The notes: a model not told the origin generated them from the letters alone. 64,000 nucleotides of DNA from Bacillota bacterium (GCA_029570375.1 JAKPXB010000038.1:5899-69898), one strand, 5' to 3'. Shown: positions 9,715-20,434, numbered from the stretch's first letter. Made by a program: numbers and translations.

Positions 9715-9739
9715 CGCCCCGAGTATACGGGGCTTTTTT
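9715..9739 (+). terminator. FMN-riboswitch expression-platform terminator
   Basis: GCCCCGAGTATACGGGGC stem followed by TTTTTTG, just before the ribU RBS. Confidence 0.75.
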
Positions 9740-9767
9740 GTTCCGGAGAATTGTGAGGAATGTACAG

Positions 9768-10406
9768 ATGAATGAACAAAAAGCAGTGGGCGAAAGTGCC
9801 CTCCACTGCGTCAGGAACAAGCGCTCGGCAGGCGCCGTGTGGATTGCGAAAGCCGGGATTCTGTCGGCAGCCGCGATCGCTCTTATGTATTTTGAATTTG
9901 CCCTTCCGCTGTTCCCGGCTTTCCTGAAATTTGATTTCGCGGATATTCCGGCGCTGTTGGCCGCTTTTTCCATGGGACCGTGGGCAGGCATCGCTGTTCA
10001 ATTTGTCAGAAACTTAGTTCATCTTCCCGCGACAAACACAATGATGGTCGGCGAATTGGCCAACTTTGTGATGGGCAGCTTCTTCGTCGGTGTCGCGGGG
10101 CTGTTCTACCGCCGGATGAAGACGAGAAAAGGGGCGCTGCTGGCGATGGCGGCGGGAACTGTCTCTCTCACTGTCTCGGGCGCGCTTATCAATTATTTTT
10201 TTACGATCCCGTTCTATATCGCAGTGATGGGGTTCTCAATGGACGCAATCATCGGCATGACGAAAACAGCCGGGAATACGCTCGTCAACGATCTGCCTTC
10301 GTTGATTCTATGGGTTTTTGTTCCTTTCAACATTCTGAAAGGGACAGTGGTATCCGTGCTCGTCGGCCTGATCTATAAGAAACTTAGTCCGCTGCTTCAC
10401 CGTTGA
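9768..10406 (+). CDS. ribU: ECF transporter S component, riboflavin-type (RibU-like)
   Basis: Multi-TM S-component (FEFALPLFPAFLKFDFADIPALLAAFSMGPWAG) directly behind the FMN riboswitch. ATG at 9768 has a GAGGAA RBS, whereas the track start at 9738 lies in the terminator. Confidence 0.85.
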   Translation: MNEQKAVGESALHCVRNKRSAGAVWIAKAGILSAAAIALMYFEFALPLFPAFLKFDFADIPALLAAFSMGPWAGIAVQFVRNLVHLPATNTMMVGELANFVMGSFFVGVAGLFYRRMKTRKGALLAMAAGTVSLTVSGALINYFFTIPFYIAVMGFSMDAIIGMTKTAGNTLVNDLPSLILWVFVPFNILKGTVVSVLVGLIYKKLSPLLHR

Positions 10407-11965
10407 TCGCTGTTCATTTCTCTGTAGAGACGCCGATCCTCCTCGCGAAGGCCGTCTTCGGTCAGTCGGAGGACGCGCGTACAGACGGCGCGCAGGAATG
10501 AGCGGTCATGTGAAATGCTGATCACGCAGCCGGGGTACTCTGCGATGCTTTCGCGGAAGGCGGGGTTGCTCAGGGGAGAGAGGTGGCGGCTCGGTTCGTC
10601 GAGAAGCAGGATATGGGGCTTGATCAGGCGCAGTCTGGCAAAAACCAGCTTCACCTTTTGGCCGCCGGAAAGCGTCTCGAACGGACGGATCATCTCTTCC
10701 CGCGAGAAGTTCAGGCTTCCCAGAAGGTCGGACGCCTCCTGGCGGACGCTCGATCCGCAGCCCGCGGCGAGGTAATCGAGAGCACTTCCACCCGTATCGG
10801 GAAGTTCTTTCCAGTCCTGCGGCAGATAAAAGACCGTGAGATCGTTTCTCTCCCGCAGGGTTGAGCGGATAAAACGAAGAAGCGTGCTCTTGCCGCAGCC
10901 GTTCTCCCCGGTGATTGCCACGCGCTCCGGGCCGCGGACGAGGAGAATGATGTTTCGCGCCAGGACTCTGTCCCCTGTGCTCAGATGAGGCATATAGATG
11001 TCCAGGACCTGTTTGTTATGGGGGATGCCGGGCATATCCGCGAGGAAAAAACCGATATCATCTTCCCGGTCCGTCTTTTTTGTCATCTCGTCGTGCTCGC
11101 GCTCCAGTCTCCTCCCTGTCGATTTCACAGAATGCATTTTCTTTTTGAGAAGGCGTGCTCCCGCGGGATCTTTCCGCGAGATGTTCTCCTGCGCGCGGTG
11201 CACTTTCTCCTGAATTTCCAGATGGCGGCGCCTCTTATCCTGATAGTCCTTTTCCTCCTTCGCCGCGAGCTGATTCTGCCGGTCAATGCGGCGGGAAAAC
11301 TGTTCCATGTAATCGCGGAATCCGAGGCCGCTGAATGTCGCCCGCGGCTCTGTCCGCCTCCATATCTGTTCGATATGCAGTATTTTTGTGGCGGTGCGTT
11401 CCAGTAGCGTCTCGTCATGAGAGACGAAGAGAACAGGTTCCGGACAATCGCGTATGAACGATTCAACCACACCGATTCCCTCGAGATCCAGATCATTGGC
11501 CGGTTCGTCCAGAACGAAGATGTCCGGCCGCGCCAGGCGGATTAACAGAAAACGCAGTTTCATCCGTTCCCCCCCAGAGAGTGTTCTCAGGGGGCGCGTG
11601 GTGAAGAGAAGATCCGATCGGAGGCTGAGGGTGTCCGCCGCGCGGTACAAATCGCTGTCCTCGATGAATGGCTGTGTGAGTTCTGCCGGTGATTTATCCA
11701 GCAGCGGGGAAGGGCATTCCTGTTCAAGGTAGCCAAGCTGGTAAGGGGCGTAATCAACAAATCCCTCCCAACTCAGGTAGCGCGAGGCGATATCAGGGCG
11801 GCAGATAATGCGGAGAAGGGCGGTTTTCCCGTTTCCTTCCGCGCCTATCACAGCGAGCTTGTCGCGTTTTTGCAGGCTGAAGCTGAGGTCGGCTATAAGC
11901 GTTTTTCGGTCGCGGTTCTGCGTGACGGTGAGGTGATTGACTTGCAGCATAAGGACTCCAATCAT
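10397..11965 (-). CDS. ABC-F family ATPase (soluble, two NBDs); possibly the ribosomal-protection (ARE) type
   Basis: Two NBDs (GAEGNGKT / LSGGERMK and GENGCGKST / LSGGQKVK) with no TM helix. They are joined by a Lys/Arg/Glu-rich linker (...RKDPAGARLLKKKMHSVKSTGRRLERE...). Confidence 0.85.
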   Translation of the reverse strand: MIGVLMLQVNHLTVTQNRDRKTLIADLSFSLQKRDKLAVIGAEGNGKTALLRIICRPDIASRYLSWEGFVDYAPYQLGYLEQECPSPLLDKSPAELTQPFIEDSDLYRAADTLSLRSDLLFTTRPLRTLSGGERMKLRFLLIRLARPDIFVLDEPANDLDLEGIGVVESFIRDCPEPVLFVSHDETLLERTATKILHIEQIWRRTEPRATFSGLGFRDYMEQFSRRIDRQNQLAAKEEKDYQDKRRRHLEIQEKVHRAQENISRKDPAGARLLKKKMHSVKSTGRRLEREHDEMTKKTDREDDIGFFLADMPGIPHNKQVLDIYMPHLSTGDRVLARNIILLVRGPERVAITGENGCGKSTLLRFIRSTLRERNDLTVFYLPQDWKELPDTGGSALDYLAAGCGSSVRQEASDLLGSLNFSREEMIRPFETLSGGQKVKLVFARLRLIKPHILLLDEPSRHLSPLSNPAFRESIAEYPGCVISISHDRSFLRAVCTRVLRLTEDGLREEDRRLYREMNSDQR

Positions 11966-12335
11966 TGAAAGACTGCCAGTTACCGGCAGATCGATCAGGT
12001 TTTTTCTTCCAAGTCCTTAGCTGTTCATTCGTTGATAGACCTCACGTGAGAAATGATGTGTCAACCCAGCTGATAATCACTTCATTGACACTAAACAGGT
12101 TAGCAGGTTGGGTCAGCTTCCGTCAAGTTTTCTCAAAGGCGGCGGGATGCGGGATACATAAAGCGGCGTATCGCACCATACGCATCGTTCTCTATTCTAT
12201 ACCGTCGGGAACGTGAACAGATTGACGCAGATTCATTGGTTGAACAGAGGAAGCGCCAGTCGTGTCTGTGTTAGAATATTCTGATACGATGCTGTCTGCC
12301 GCGATTGATGAAACGCATAGAAAAAGGAGGCTGCC

Positions 12336-13646
12336 ATGAACCTCAACGCCCCGCGCGGGACAAAAGATATTTTACCGGAAGAAGCCGAGCGAAGGCGCGC
12401 GCTTGAGCGCACGTTTGCGGAAGTCTGCGAAAGGTATGGATTCGGAGAGATCCGCGTTCCCACGTTTGAACATACGGAGCTGTTTGTACGCGGTGTCGGC
12501 GACGCGAGCGATATCGTCCGCAAGGAGATGTACACTTTCCTCGACAAGGGCGACCGCAGCCTGACATTGCGTCCTGAGGGGACGGCGGGTGTTGCGCGGG
12601 CTTATATCGAGCAGGGGATGTCATCCTGGCCTGCGCCGGTGAAGCTCTGGTATAACATGAACATGTTCCGGTACGAAAAAATGCAGAAGGGGCGGTACCG
12701 CGAGTTCTGGCAGCTCGGCTGTGAGATCTTCGGAAGCGCTTGTCCGCAGGCTGATGCGCAGCTCATCGGCATGCTGGTGACGTTTTTTGATGATCTTGGA
12801 CTCGACGAGGTCAATCTCGAGATCAACAGCATCGGATGTCCCGCGTGCCGCGCCGCCTACCACCAGGCGCTGCGCGACTATTACGCGCCGAAGCTGAAAG
12901 ATATGTGCGATGACTGCCATGAGCGGTTCGAGAAAAACCCGCTCCGTATGCTCGACTGCAAAGAGGCGTATTGTCACTCCCTGGCGGAGGAGGCGCCGGC
13001 TCAGCTGGATTATTTATGTGATGATTGCAAAGAGCATTTTGACAAAGTGAAATCGTATCTCTCGATGATGGAGATCCCCTATAATCTGAATCCGCGCCTT
13101 GTCCGCGGCCTCGATTACTACACGAGGACGGTATTCGAATTTGTGTCTTCGCATGTGGGGACGCAGGGGACAATCTGCGGCGGCGGCCGCTATGACGGTC
13201 TCATCCGGGAGATCGGGAACATTGATGTTCCCGGTGTCGGTTTCGCGCTGGGTGTGGAACGGCTTCTTCTGGAGCTTGACGCGCAGGGCATTCCATTCGG
13301 CAAGGCGGCGAGGCCCGACCTTTATATCGCGTCGTTTCCGTCGACAGCGGCGAACGCGCTCGATCTGGCGCAGTCGCTGATCCGTTCCGGCCTGAAGGTT
13401 GAGACAGACGTCATGGACCGCAGCCTGAAAGCGCAGTTCAAAGCGGCGGACAGAATGGAAGCGCACTATGTGCTCGTTCTGGGCGACACGGAGGTATCGC
13501 TCTCGAGAGGGAAACTGCGCCGCTTATCTGACGGAAGCGAACAGGATGTCCCTCTGACCGCTGTGGGAACGCTGCTTCACGATTACCGGAAGAAGCTGGC
13601 GAGCGCGAAGGAAAACGACCGTCAAAGTACTTTGTTTAAACTGTAA
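12336..13646 (+). CDS. hisS: histidine--tRNA ligase
   Basis: 436 aa class II aaRS. Typical HisRS N-terminus (PRGTKDILPEE...RYGFGEIRVPTFEHTELF) and motifs. Confidence 0.95.
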   Translation: MNLNAPRGTKDILPEEAERRRALERTFAEVCERYGFGEIRVPTFEHTELFVRGVGDASDIVRKEMYTFLDKGDRSLTLRPEGTAGVARAYIEQGMSSWPAPVKLWYNMNMFRYEKMQKGRYREFWQLGCEIFGSACPQADAQLIGMLVTFFDDLGLDEVNLEINSIGCPACRAAYHQALRDYYAPKLKDMCDDCHERFEKNPLRMLDCKEAYCHSLAEEAPAQLDYLCDDCKEHFDKVKSYLSMMEIPYNLNPRLVRGLDYYTRTVFEFVSSHVGTQGTICGGGRYDGLIREIGNIDVPGVGFALGVERLLLELDAQGIPFGKAARPDLYIASFPSTAANALDLAQSLIRSGLKVETDVMDRSLKAQFKAADRMEAHYVLVLGDTEVSLSRGKLRRLSDGSEQDVPLTAVGTLLHDYRKKLASAKENDRQSTLFKL

Positions 13647-13757
13647 GTATTCGGCTTTCGGCAGCGAAGAGATACGCTTTTTCGCGCCGGGAGGCTTGAT
13701 GACAAATAAACACGATATCTTTTTTATAAATAACAGGAAAAATCCATGGAGGGATTT

Positions 13758-15569
13758 ATGAGTGAATCGATGGGAGAATGGAGACGCAGTTCTCTATGCG
13801 GTGACGTCACAGAAGAGATGATCGGCCTGGAATTGACGCTGATGGGGTGGTGCCACAAGCAGCGCGACCTCGGCGGAGTGCTATTCATGACGCTGCGGGA
13901 TATTGCCGGGGAAGTACAGCTTGTTGTCGACGGGGATTCTCCGGACGAGGTGCGCGAGAAAGCGAAAACAGTGCGCGGGGAGTATGTTCTCGCCTGTCGG
14001 GGTACGCTTCGCCGGCGCGCCGCGATCAACCCCGAAATGAAGACAGGCCTTGTTGAACTGCACGCACAGGAGCTCCGCATCCTTTCCCCGTCAGAAACGC
14101 CGCCGATCTATATCGAGGAGGACATCGATGTCAATGAGTCGGTCCGCCTGAAATACCGCTTTCTCGATCTCCGCCGCCCCGACATGCAGCGCAAAATGCT
14201 GGCGCGCCACCGTATTACGAGGATCACGCGCGAGTATTTCGACAAAGAGGGATTTATTGATGTGGAGACACCGACACTCATTAAGAGTACGCCGGAAGGC
14301 GCCCGGGATTATCTGGTTCCATCGCGCGTTTTCCCGGGAAAATTCTTCGCTCTTCCCCAGTCACCGCAGTTATTCAAGCAGCTCCTGATGCTGGCCGGCT
14401 ATAACAAGTACATGCAGATTGCCCGCTGTTATCGCGATGAAGATCTCCGCGCCGACCGGCAGCCTGAGTTCACACAGGTCGATATCGAGATGGCGTTCGT
14501 CGGAGAAGACGACGTGATGGCGGCCAATGAAGGTTATCTCGCGGCCCTGATGAGGGAATTTAAGGGAATCGAGATTGATCGGCCGATCAGGAGGATCACG
14601 TGGCGCGAAGCGATGAGACGCTACGGTACAGATAAGCCTGATTTGCGCTATGGCATGGAACTGATCGACCTGTCTGATCTTGTGGCGGACGGGGCGTTCA
14701 AGGTCTTTGCAGAAGCGGTGGAAGCAGGCGGTATGGTCGCTGCGATCGCGGTGCCGGGCGGTTCCGACATGTCGCGCCGTGAACTCGATGATCTCGCCAC
14801 ATATGTGAAAGGGAACACGAGAGCAAAAGGGCTCGCCTGGCTGAGCCTCAGTGACGGCGCCAGCCGCGGTTCTGTTGCAAGGTTCTTCGACGCGGATTTC
14901 GTCCGCGAGGCGTTAAAAAGAGCGGGAGAAGAGGAGTCGGCGCAGCTGCTAATTGTCTCAGACGCCGATCAGATGACAGTTCTCGAGGCACTTGGCGATT
15001 TGCGCATCGAGATGGCAAAACGCCGCGGATTGATCCCGGAAGGCCGCTTTGAATTTTGCTGGGTCACGGAGTTCCCTCTCCTCGAGTGGTCGGAAGACGA
15101 CGGGCGCTATGTCGCGAAACACCACCCGTTTACGGCGCCGATGGATGAAGATATCGCCATGCTGGACACGAACCCCGGTGAAGTGCGGGCGCGCGCCTAT
15201 GATATTGTTCTGAACGGAACAGAATTGGGCGGCGGCAGTATTCGTATCCACCAACAGGATTTGCAGCAGCGTATGTTCAGGCTTCTCGGATTCAGCGATG
15301 AGCAGGCCCAGCGCCAATTCGGTTTTCTGCTCAGCGCTTTCCGCTACGGCGTGCCTCCTCACGGCGGCCTCGCTTACGGCCTGGACCGTATCGTGATGCT
15401 GCTGACTGGTGAAGAGAGTATCCGGGAAGTGATCGCGTTTCCGAAAGTTCAGAACTCATCTTGTCTGATGACAGAGGCGCCCGATGTAGTCGCGGATCAT
15501 CAGCTGGAGGAGCTGGGACTCGCGATTGTGAGCGGTTCGCATACAGTCGGGGAGTCCTCCGAGGGATAA
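13758..15569 (+). CDS. aspS: aspartate--tRNA ligase
   Basis: About 600 aa with an OB-fold N-domain, QSPQLFKQLLM, the bacterial insertion domain and GGGSIRIH. ATG at 13758 follows GGAGGG; 13746 is an alternative start. Confidence 0.95.
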   Translation: MSESMGEWRRSSLCGDVTEEMIGLELTLMGWCHKQRDLGGVLFMTLRDIAGEVQLVVDGDSPDEVREKAKTVRGEYVLACRGTLRRRAAINPEMKTGLVELHAQELRILSPSETPPIYIEEDIDVNESVRLKYRFLDLRRPDMQRKMLARHRITRITREYFDKEGFIDVETPTLIKSTPEGARDYLVPSRVFPGKFFALPQSPQLFKQLLMLAGYNKYMQIARCYRDEDLRADRQPEFTQVDIEMAFVGEDDVMAANEGYLAALMREFKGIEIDRPIRRITWREAMRRYGTDKPDLRYGMELIDLSDLVADGAFKVFAEAVEAGGMVAAIAVPGGSDMSRRELDDLATYVKGNTRAKGLAWLSLSDGASRGSVARFFDADFVREALKRAGEEESAQLLIVSDADQMTVLEALGDLRIEMAKRRGLIPEGRFEFCWVTEFPLLEWSEDDGRYVAKHHPFTAPMDEDIAMLDTNPGEVRARAYDIVLNGTELGGGSIRIHQQDLQQRMFRLLGFSDEQAQRQFGFLLSAFRYGVPPHGGLAYGLDRIVMLLTGEESIREVIAFPKVQNSSCLMTEAPDVVADHQLEELGLAIVSGSHTVGESSEG

Positions 15570-15574
15570 AGCCG

Positions 15575-16282
15575 ATGACTTCCCGATTTGACTGTCAGGG
15601 TCAGACTCCTCGTGCCGCTGACTATGAAGACACACGTGTGAGGAAGATGGACCCGTATCATCAGGATTCGTCCAATGTGAGCCTGGAAGATTATTTCTCA
15701 TCGAAAGCGTCCGCGGGCAAACCCGCAAAAGACAGACCGAAACGATCGTTAGTCCGCCGGGTTCTCGAATTTATAGTCACCGTCGCGATCGGCGTAGCGC
15801 TCGCGCTGCTGCTGACCCGTTTTGTGATTCAGCGCAATACGGTAATCGGATCCTCTATGGTTCCGACACTTTCTGACCGGGATGAGGTTTTTGTCGAGAA
15901 GATATCGAGGCTCTTTGAATCCGGACTCAAACGCGGGGATATCGTGACGGCGGATATGCACGAGAAAACGCCGAAAGGTGATGAGGTGATCATTATCAAA
16001 CGCGTGATCGGCCTTCCCGGCGAGCGAATTACGATCAAAGAGGGGGGCGTGTACATCGACGGGGTGCTTCTGGAAGAACCATATCTCGCGGAGGGGGTGC
16101 GCACCGCGCCTCACAACGCGGTGTACGCCGATGTGACACTGGGGAAAGACCAGTATTTCCTGCTCGGAGATAATCGGACGAACAGCCGGGACAGCCGGGA
16201 TATCGGTCCGGTGGCTCGTTCAGAGATCGAGGGCAAGCTCATTCTGCGTCTGTATCCTTTCAGTAAGTTTGGGAAACCATAA
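15575..16282 (+). CDS. lepB: signal peptidase I
   Basis: TM anchor, catalytic Ser box (GSSMVPTL), KRVIGLPGE and the [11 protein letters not shown] box. ATG at 15575 follows GAGGGA just after the aspS stop. Confidence 0.92.
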   Translation: MTSRFDCQGQTPRAADYEDTRVRKMDPYHQDSSNVSLEDYFSSKASAGKPAKDRPKRSLVRRVLEFIVTVAIGVALALLLTRFVIQRNTVIGSSMVPTLSDRDEVFVEKISRLFESGLKRGDIVTADMHEKTPKGDEVIIIKRVIGLPGERITIKEGGVYIDGVLLEEPYLAEGVRTAPHNAVYADVTLGKDQYFLLGDNRTNSRDSRDIGPVARSEIEGKLILRLYPFSKFGKP

Positions 16283-16334
16283 GAGCTTTAGCAACGAAAG
16301 CATAGACAACGACGAAAGGTTTGACATCGTTTTC

Positions 16335-18149
16335 ATGGAAAGAGTTCCGGCGGAGTTCATTCGCAATTTCTGTGTTATCGCGCATATCGACCACGGTAAA
16401 TCAACCCTGGCAGACCGTCTGATTGAGCACACAGGTGCTCTTTCTTCGCGCACCATGCAGCATCAGGTTCTCGACAACATGGATATTGAGCGGGAGCGCG
16501 GCATTACGATCAAGGCGCGCGCTGTCCGGATGGAGTATAAGGCGCGCGACGGCCGGAAGTATATTTACAATTTGATTGATACGCCCGGCCATGTCGATTT
16601 CAACTATGAAGTTTCCCGCTCGCTTGCCGCCTGCGACGGAGCGATCCTGATTGTTGATGCTTCGCAGGGGGTTGAAGCTCAGACGCTCGCCAACGCGTAC
16701 CTGGCGATCGACGCGGGACTGGAAATTCTGCCTGTTATCAACAAGATCGATCTCCCATCAGCGCGTCCTGAAGAAGTGCGCCGTGAGATTGAAGATGTTG
16801 TCGGACTGGACGCGTCAGAGGCGCCGCTGATTTCGGCGAAAGACGATATCAACATTGAAGAAGTCCTCGAGAAAATCGCCGTGTTTTTGCCGCCACCGAA
16901 GGGTGACGACAAGAAACCCTTGCGCGCGCTGGTATTTGACTCCATCTACGACGCGTACTTGGGTGTTATTACGCATGTCAACATCCGCGAAGGGAAGCTG
17001 TCAAAAGGGGACGCCATCCTGCTCATGCACTCGATGAAAGAGTTTACGGTGACATCTCTCGGCACATTCTCTCCGACTTCACTGCAGCCGGCGGAGACGC
17101 TCTTTGCCGGCGACGTCGGCTATGTCACCGCGAGTATCAAAAGTGTCAGCGACACGGCGCCCGGCGATACGATCACATGGGCGGAGAATCCCGCCGATGA
17201 ACCGCTTCCGGGGTATAAGCCTGTGCGGCAGATGGTTTTCTGCGGGATGTATCCGGTCGATGGCGCCGATTATCCCGATCTGCGCGACGCGCTCGAGCGG
17301 CTTCAGCTAAATGACGCGGCGCTCTCTTTTGAACCGGAGACATCGACGGCACTCGGCTTTGGTTTCCGCTGCGGTTTCCTCGGCCTGCTCCACTATGAGA
17401 TCGTTCAGGAACGCCTGGAGCGTGAATTTGACCTCGATATTATATCGACCGCCCCCTCCGTCGCCTACAAACTTAATATGGCGGACGGCAGTTCGGTCAT
17501 GCTGGAAAACCCGACGAATATGCCTCCGCCCGACCGCATCGCGAGTATTGAGGAGCCCGTTGTCGCCGCCTCTATCATGACGCCGAAGGAATACATCGGG
17601 AATGTGATGGAACTCTGCCACAACTACAGAGGTCTGTACGTCAACACACAGTATGTCGATGACAAACGCGTCAATATGCACTTTGACATGCCGCTGAATG
17701 AGATTATCTACGATTTCTTTGACGCGCTGAAATCGAATTCGAAGGGGTACGCGTCACTCGACTACGAGTTCAAAGGCTGGCAGGTATCAGAGCTTGTCAA
17801 GCTCGATATCATGATCAACAACGAGCAGGTGGATGCGCTGACCTTTATTCTTCACAAGAACGACGCTTACCGCCGCGGCCGCGCCATGGCGGAGAAACTG
17901 CGCGACAATATCCCGCGTCAGCAATTCGAGATTCCGATTCAGGCGTGCGTCGGAGGGCGCATCATCGCGCGCGAAACAGTCCGCGCGTATCGCAAGGACG
18001 TGACGGCGAAATGTTACGGCGGCGATATTACAAGGAAAAAGAAACTCCTCGAGAAACAGAAAGAAGGGAAGAAGCGCATGCGCCAGGTCGGAAGCGTTGA
18101 AGTTCCGCAGGAAGCATTTATGAGTGTGCTCCGCCTGAGTGATAACTAG
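16335..18149 (+). CDS. lepA: translation elongation factor 4
   Basis: GTPase motifs [18 protein letters not shown] and NKID, plus the LepA C-terminal domain. Confidence 0.96.
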   Translation: MERVPAEFIRNFCVIAHIDHGKSTLADRLIEHTGALSSRTMQHQVLDNMDIERERGITIKARAVRMEYKARDGRKYIYNLIDTPGHVDFNYEVSRSLAACDGAILIVDASQGVEAQTLANAYLAIDAGLEILPVINKIDLPSARPEEVRREIEDVVGLDASEAPLISAKDDINIEEVLEKIAVFLPPPKGDDKKPLRALVFDSIYDAYLGVITHVNIREGKLSKGDAILLMHSMKEFTVTSLGTFSPTSLQPAETLFAGDVGYVTASIKSVSDTAPGDTITWAENPADEPLPGYKPVRQMVFCGMYPVDGADYPDLRDALERLQLNDAALSFEPETSTALGFGFRCGFLGLLHYEIVQERLEREFDLDIISTAPSVAYKLNMADGSSVMLENPTNMPPPDRIASIEEPVVAASIMTPKEYIGNVMELCHNYRGLYVNTQYVDDKRVNMHFDMPLNEIIYDFFDALKSNSKGYASLDYEFKGWQVSELVKLDIMINNEQVDALTFILHKNDAYRRGRAMAEKLRDNIPRQQFEIPIQACVGGRIIARETVRAYRKDVTAKCYGGDITRKKKLLEKQKEGKKRMRQVGSVEVPQEAFMSVLRLSDN

Positions 18150-18211
18150 ACCGGCCGTTTTAGTGTATGATAGTGCCACTTAGCGGGATGTCCGATACGG
18201 CTGAACGATAC

Positions 18212-18294
18212 GCGGACATGGTGGAATTGGCAGACACGCTGGATTTAGGTTCCAGTGGGAAACCATGCAGGTTCGAGTCCTGTTGTCCGCACCA
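18212..18294 (+). tRNA. tRNA-Leu (anticodon UAG), type II with long variable arm, encoded CCA
   Basis: Acceptor GCGGACA/TGTCCGC. Anticodon stem CTGGA/TCCAG with loop TTTAGGT (TAG at 18246-18248). T-loop TTCGAGT. Ends in ACCA. Confidence 0.93.
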
Positions 18295-18303
18295 GATATC
18301 CTT

Positions 18304-18336
18304 GAAAGCCCCTTGTTTGGGGCTTTCGACTTCTTG
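18304..18336 (+). terminator. rho-independent terminator after tRNA-Leu
   Basis: GAAAGCCCC TTGTT GGGGCTTTC stem. The downstream T content is modest. Confidence 0.6.
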
Positions 18337-18478
18337 TGACACTAGTTTGATACTTATTATCGCAGTCGCGGAAATCATTTGCGGATGAATCGAATTGGTG
18401 CGAAAATAGCATTGACTGCCAGCGCGATGGCAAAGTATCTCACTGTTTTAAAAATCATTTTATGAAAGCGTCTGTATC

Positions 18479-19639
18479 ATGAATAAACCCAAACCAGACC
18501 GTTGTGTTTCCATCCTGCGCGAGCTGGTGGCCACGGATACGCGGCAGCCGGAAGGGAGAGAGCGCCGGCTGACGGATTATATCGAGCGGATATTCGCGGG
18601 GTTCGATGTCGAGACTCGGCGTATAGACCACAGCGAGGAGAGAAGTTCTCTGGTCGTGAAACTCCCGGGCGTTTGTCCGGACGGGGGTATCGGGTTCTTT
18701 GCCCACCTCGATACCGTCGCGTTTGGCGATGAAGCCATTTGGACAGATGAGCCGCTGAGCGCGGTGATCCGGAATGGGGTGATGTATGGGCGGGGGACGG
18801 CCGACATGAAAGGCGGAGCGGCCGCGATGCTTGAAATGGCGCTCTGCCTTCTCGAATCCGGTACTATGCCGCCCAAACCTGTCTATCTCTGTTTCACCGC
18901 GGATGAAGAAAAGGGAGGGACCGGCGCCGCGAGTCTGCTTGATCTGCCGTGGATACGGGAGTTGGAATGCGGAGTCTTCTGTGAACCGAGCGCTGAACGC
19001 ATCGGTGTCAGGGAGAAAGGAGCGCTTTGGATGCGTGTCAGCATCCGGGGCGTACAATCGCACAGCTCCAACCCGGCCATCGCTGTCAATGCATTGGATA
19101 AGGCCTTCGAGTTTTATCATCGGCTGATTGAGCGCATTGATTTCGGGCCGGCCGATCCGCTTCTCGGCCGGACGACAGCGGCAATGACACAGATGCACGG
19201 AGGGGTCATGACCAATGTCATCCCGGGAGAAGCATGGTGTGAAATCGACATCCGGATGCTGCCTGGACAGCCGACTCATGTCTTTCTCGACGAAGCATTC
19301 GAGGCGAAGCGGGAACTTGAAAAACAGGAACCGCGCCTGAAGGTTGATATTACCGTGCTCAGCCGTCATGAAGCAAACAGCACGCCTGAGGATCACCCGT
19401 TTGTCCGGCGCGTCCAGCGTGTGTGCAGTGCCGGAGGGTTCAACAGTTCACTCAGAGGATTGCTGTTTTTCACCGACGCCGGCCGCGTCACGCCGACACT
19501 GAAGATTCCCTATGTCATCTGGGGGCCCGGCGACGACAGGGAAGCCCACCAGATCGACGAGAAAATTGAGCTCTCTTCCGTTCACCGGATGGCAGGTCTT
19601 TACCTGGACTTAGTCATGTTTAGCCAATCGTCTTCTTAG
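18479..19639 (+). CDS. M20 family metallopeptidase (ArgE/DapE-like)
   Basis: M20 motifs HLDTV, GRGTADMKGG and ADEEKGG. Composition is GC-rich like the host. Confidence 0.85.
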   Translation: MNKPKPDRCVSILRELVATDTRQPEGRERRLTDYIERIFAGFDVETRRIDHSEERSSLVVKLPGVCPDGGIGFFAHLDTVAFGDEAIWTDEPLSAVIRNGVMYGRGTADMKGGAAAMLEMALCLLESGTMPPKPVYLCFTADEEKGGTGAASLLDLPWIRELECGVFCEPSAERIGVREKGALWMRVSIRGVQSHSSNPAIAVNALDKAFEFYHRLIERIDFGPADPLLGRTTAAMTQMHGGVMTNVIPGEAWCEIDIRMLPGQPTHVFLDEAFEAKRELEKQEPRLKVDITVLSRHEANSTPEDHPFVRRVQRVCSAGGFNSSLRGLLFFTDAGRVTPTLKIPYVIWGPGDDREAHQIDEKIELSSVHRMAGLYLDLVMFSQSSS

Positions 19640-19674
19640 TGGCTTTGATAGTACATTACCGAATAGCCAGTTGC

Positions 19675-20433
19675 TTAAAGAGTCATTAAAATATCGACCA
19701 ACTGTTCGGCAAGCAATGACGCATATGTTTGTCCTTTTTCAACGGAGGCGAGGCAGGGGTTCCCGATCGTTCCGTTGTCCGGAGATAATTCACCGGTCTG
19801 CCAGCCTGAATAATATGGTTGAAAATCGAGCTCATTGCAGCGGTTAGCTGAGATTTCATCTTTTTTTACCAAATTCTCTCTGTAGAACAACATAAGTGAT
19901 GTTTCTCTTTCGCCAGCATGAATATCAGAAAGAGAACAGGATTCAAAGATATGTGTGTTTTCTGATGAAGAAAAGGTATTAGACCAAAGGCTAATTAAAA
20001 ACACTTTTGTTCCATACTTTTGCTCCCATTCCTGTGAGCAGGCATTAATCAGATCCGTATTGCCGCCGTGTGAATTAAACACAACAAGTTTTTTAAACCC
20101 ATGAATAGATAGGCTTTCAATAACATTTTCTATAATGGATGCAATCGTACGACAGTTCAGGGAAACCGTTCCCGGGAAAGATAAGTGCTCGTGGCTGTTT
20201 CCGTAAAGTAACGGGGGAAGGCACAGGATATTTTTTAAAAGATTGTTATGCATTGAATTTCGCTGACAAATTGATTGCGCTTGCTTTAACACTTCCATGA
20301 GAATCAGATTATCTGTTCCGAGAGGTAAATGCCTGCCATGTTGCTCAAACGCACCAATAGGGAAAAGAATGAGTGATCGGCTCCGATCAATTTTATCAAT
20401 ATCCGCCCACGTAAATTCTGATAAATTGTCCAT
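19675..20433 (-). CDS. creatininase-family (creatinine amidohydrolase fold) hydrolase
   Basis: Family motifs EQHGRHLPLGTD, NSHGGN and HAGERETS. ATG at 20433 sits 1 nt after the stop of the upstream gene. The longer track ORF to 20712 overlaps that gene. Confidence 0.85.
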   Translation of the reverse strand: MDNLSEFTWADIDKIDRSRSLILFPIGAFEQHGRHLPLGTDNLILMEVLKQAQSICQRNSMHNNLLKNILCLPPLLYGNSHEHLSFPGTVSLNCRTIASIIENVIESLSIHGFKKLVVFNSHGGNTDLINACSQEWEQKYGTKVFLISLWSNTFSSSENTHIFESCSLSDIHAGERETSLMLFYRENLVKKDEISANRCNELDFQPYYSGWQTGELSPDNGTIGNPCLASVEKGQTYASLLAEQLVDILMTL

Positions 20434-20434
20434 G

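Noticed and set aside
18212-18294. tRNA-Leu as the integration site of the AT-rich island
   Set aside because: A host-composition M20 peptidase gene lies between the tRNA and the island. No copy of the tRNA 3' end (GTTCGAGTCCTGTTGTCCGCACCA) is seen near 29000.
18455-19396. 313-aa minus-strand ORF opposite the M20 peptidase gene
   Set aside because: It is a shadow ORF. It has no recognisable domain and an Arg/Pro-rich composition, while the plus-strand frame has clear M20 motifs.
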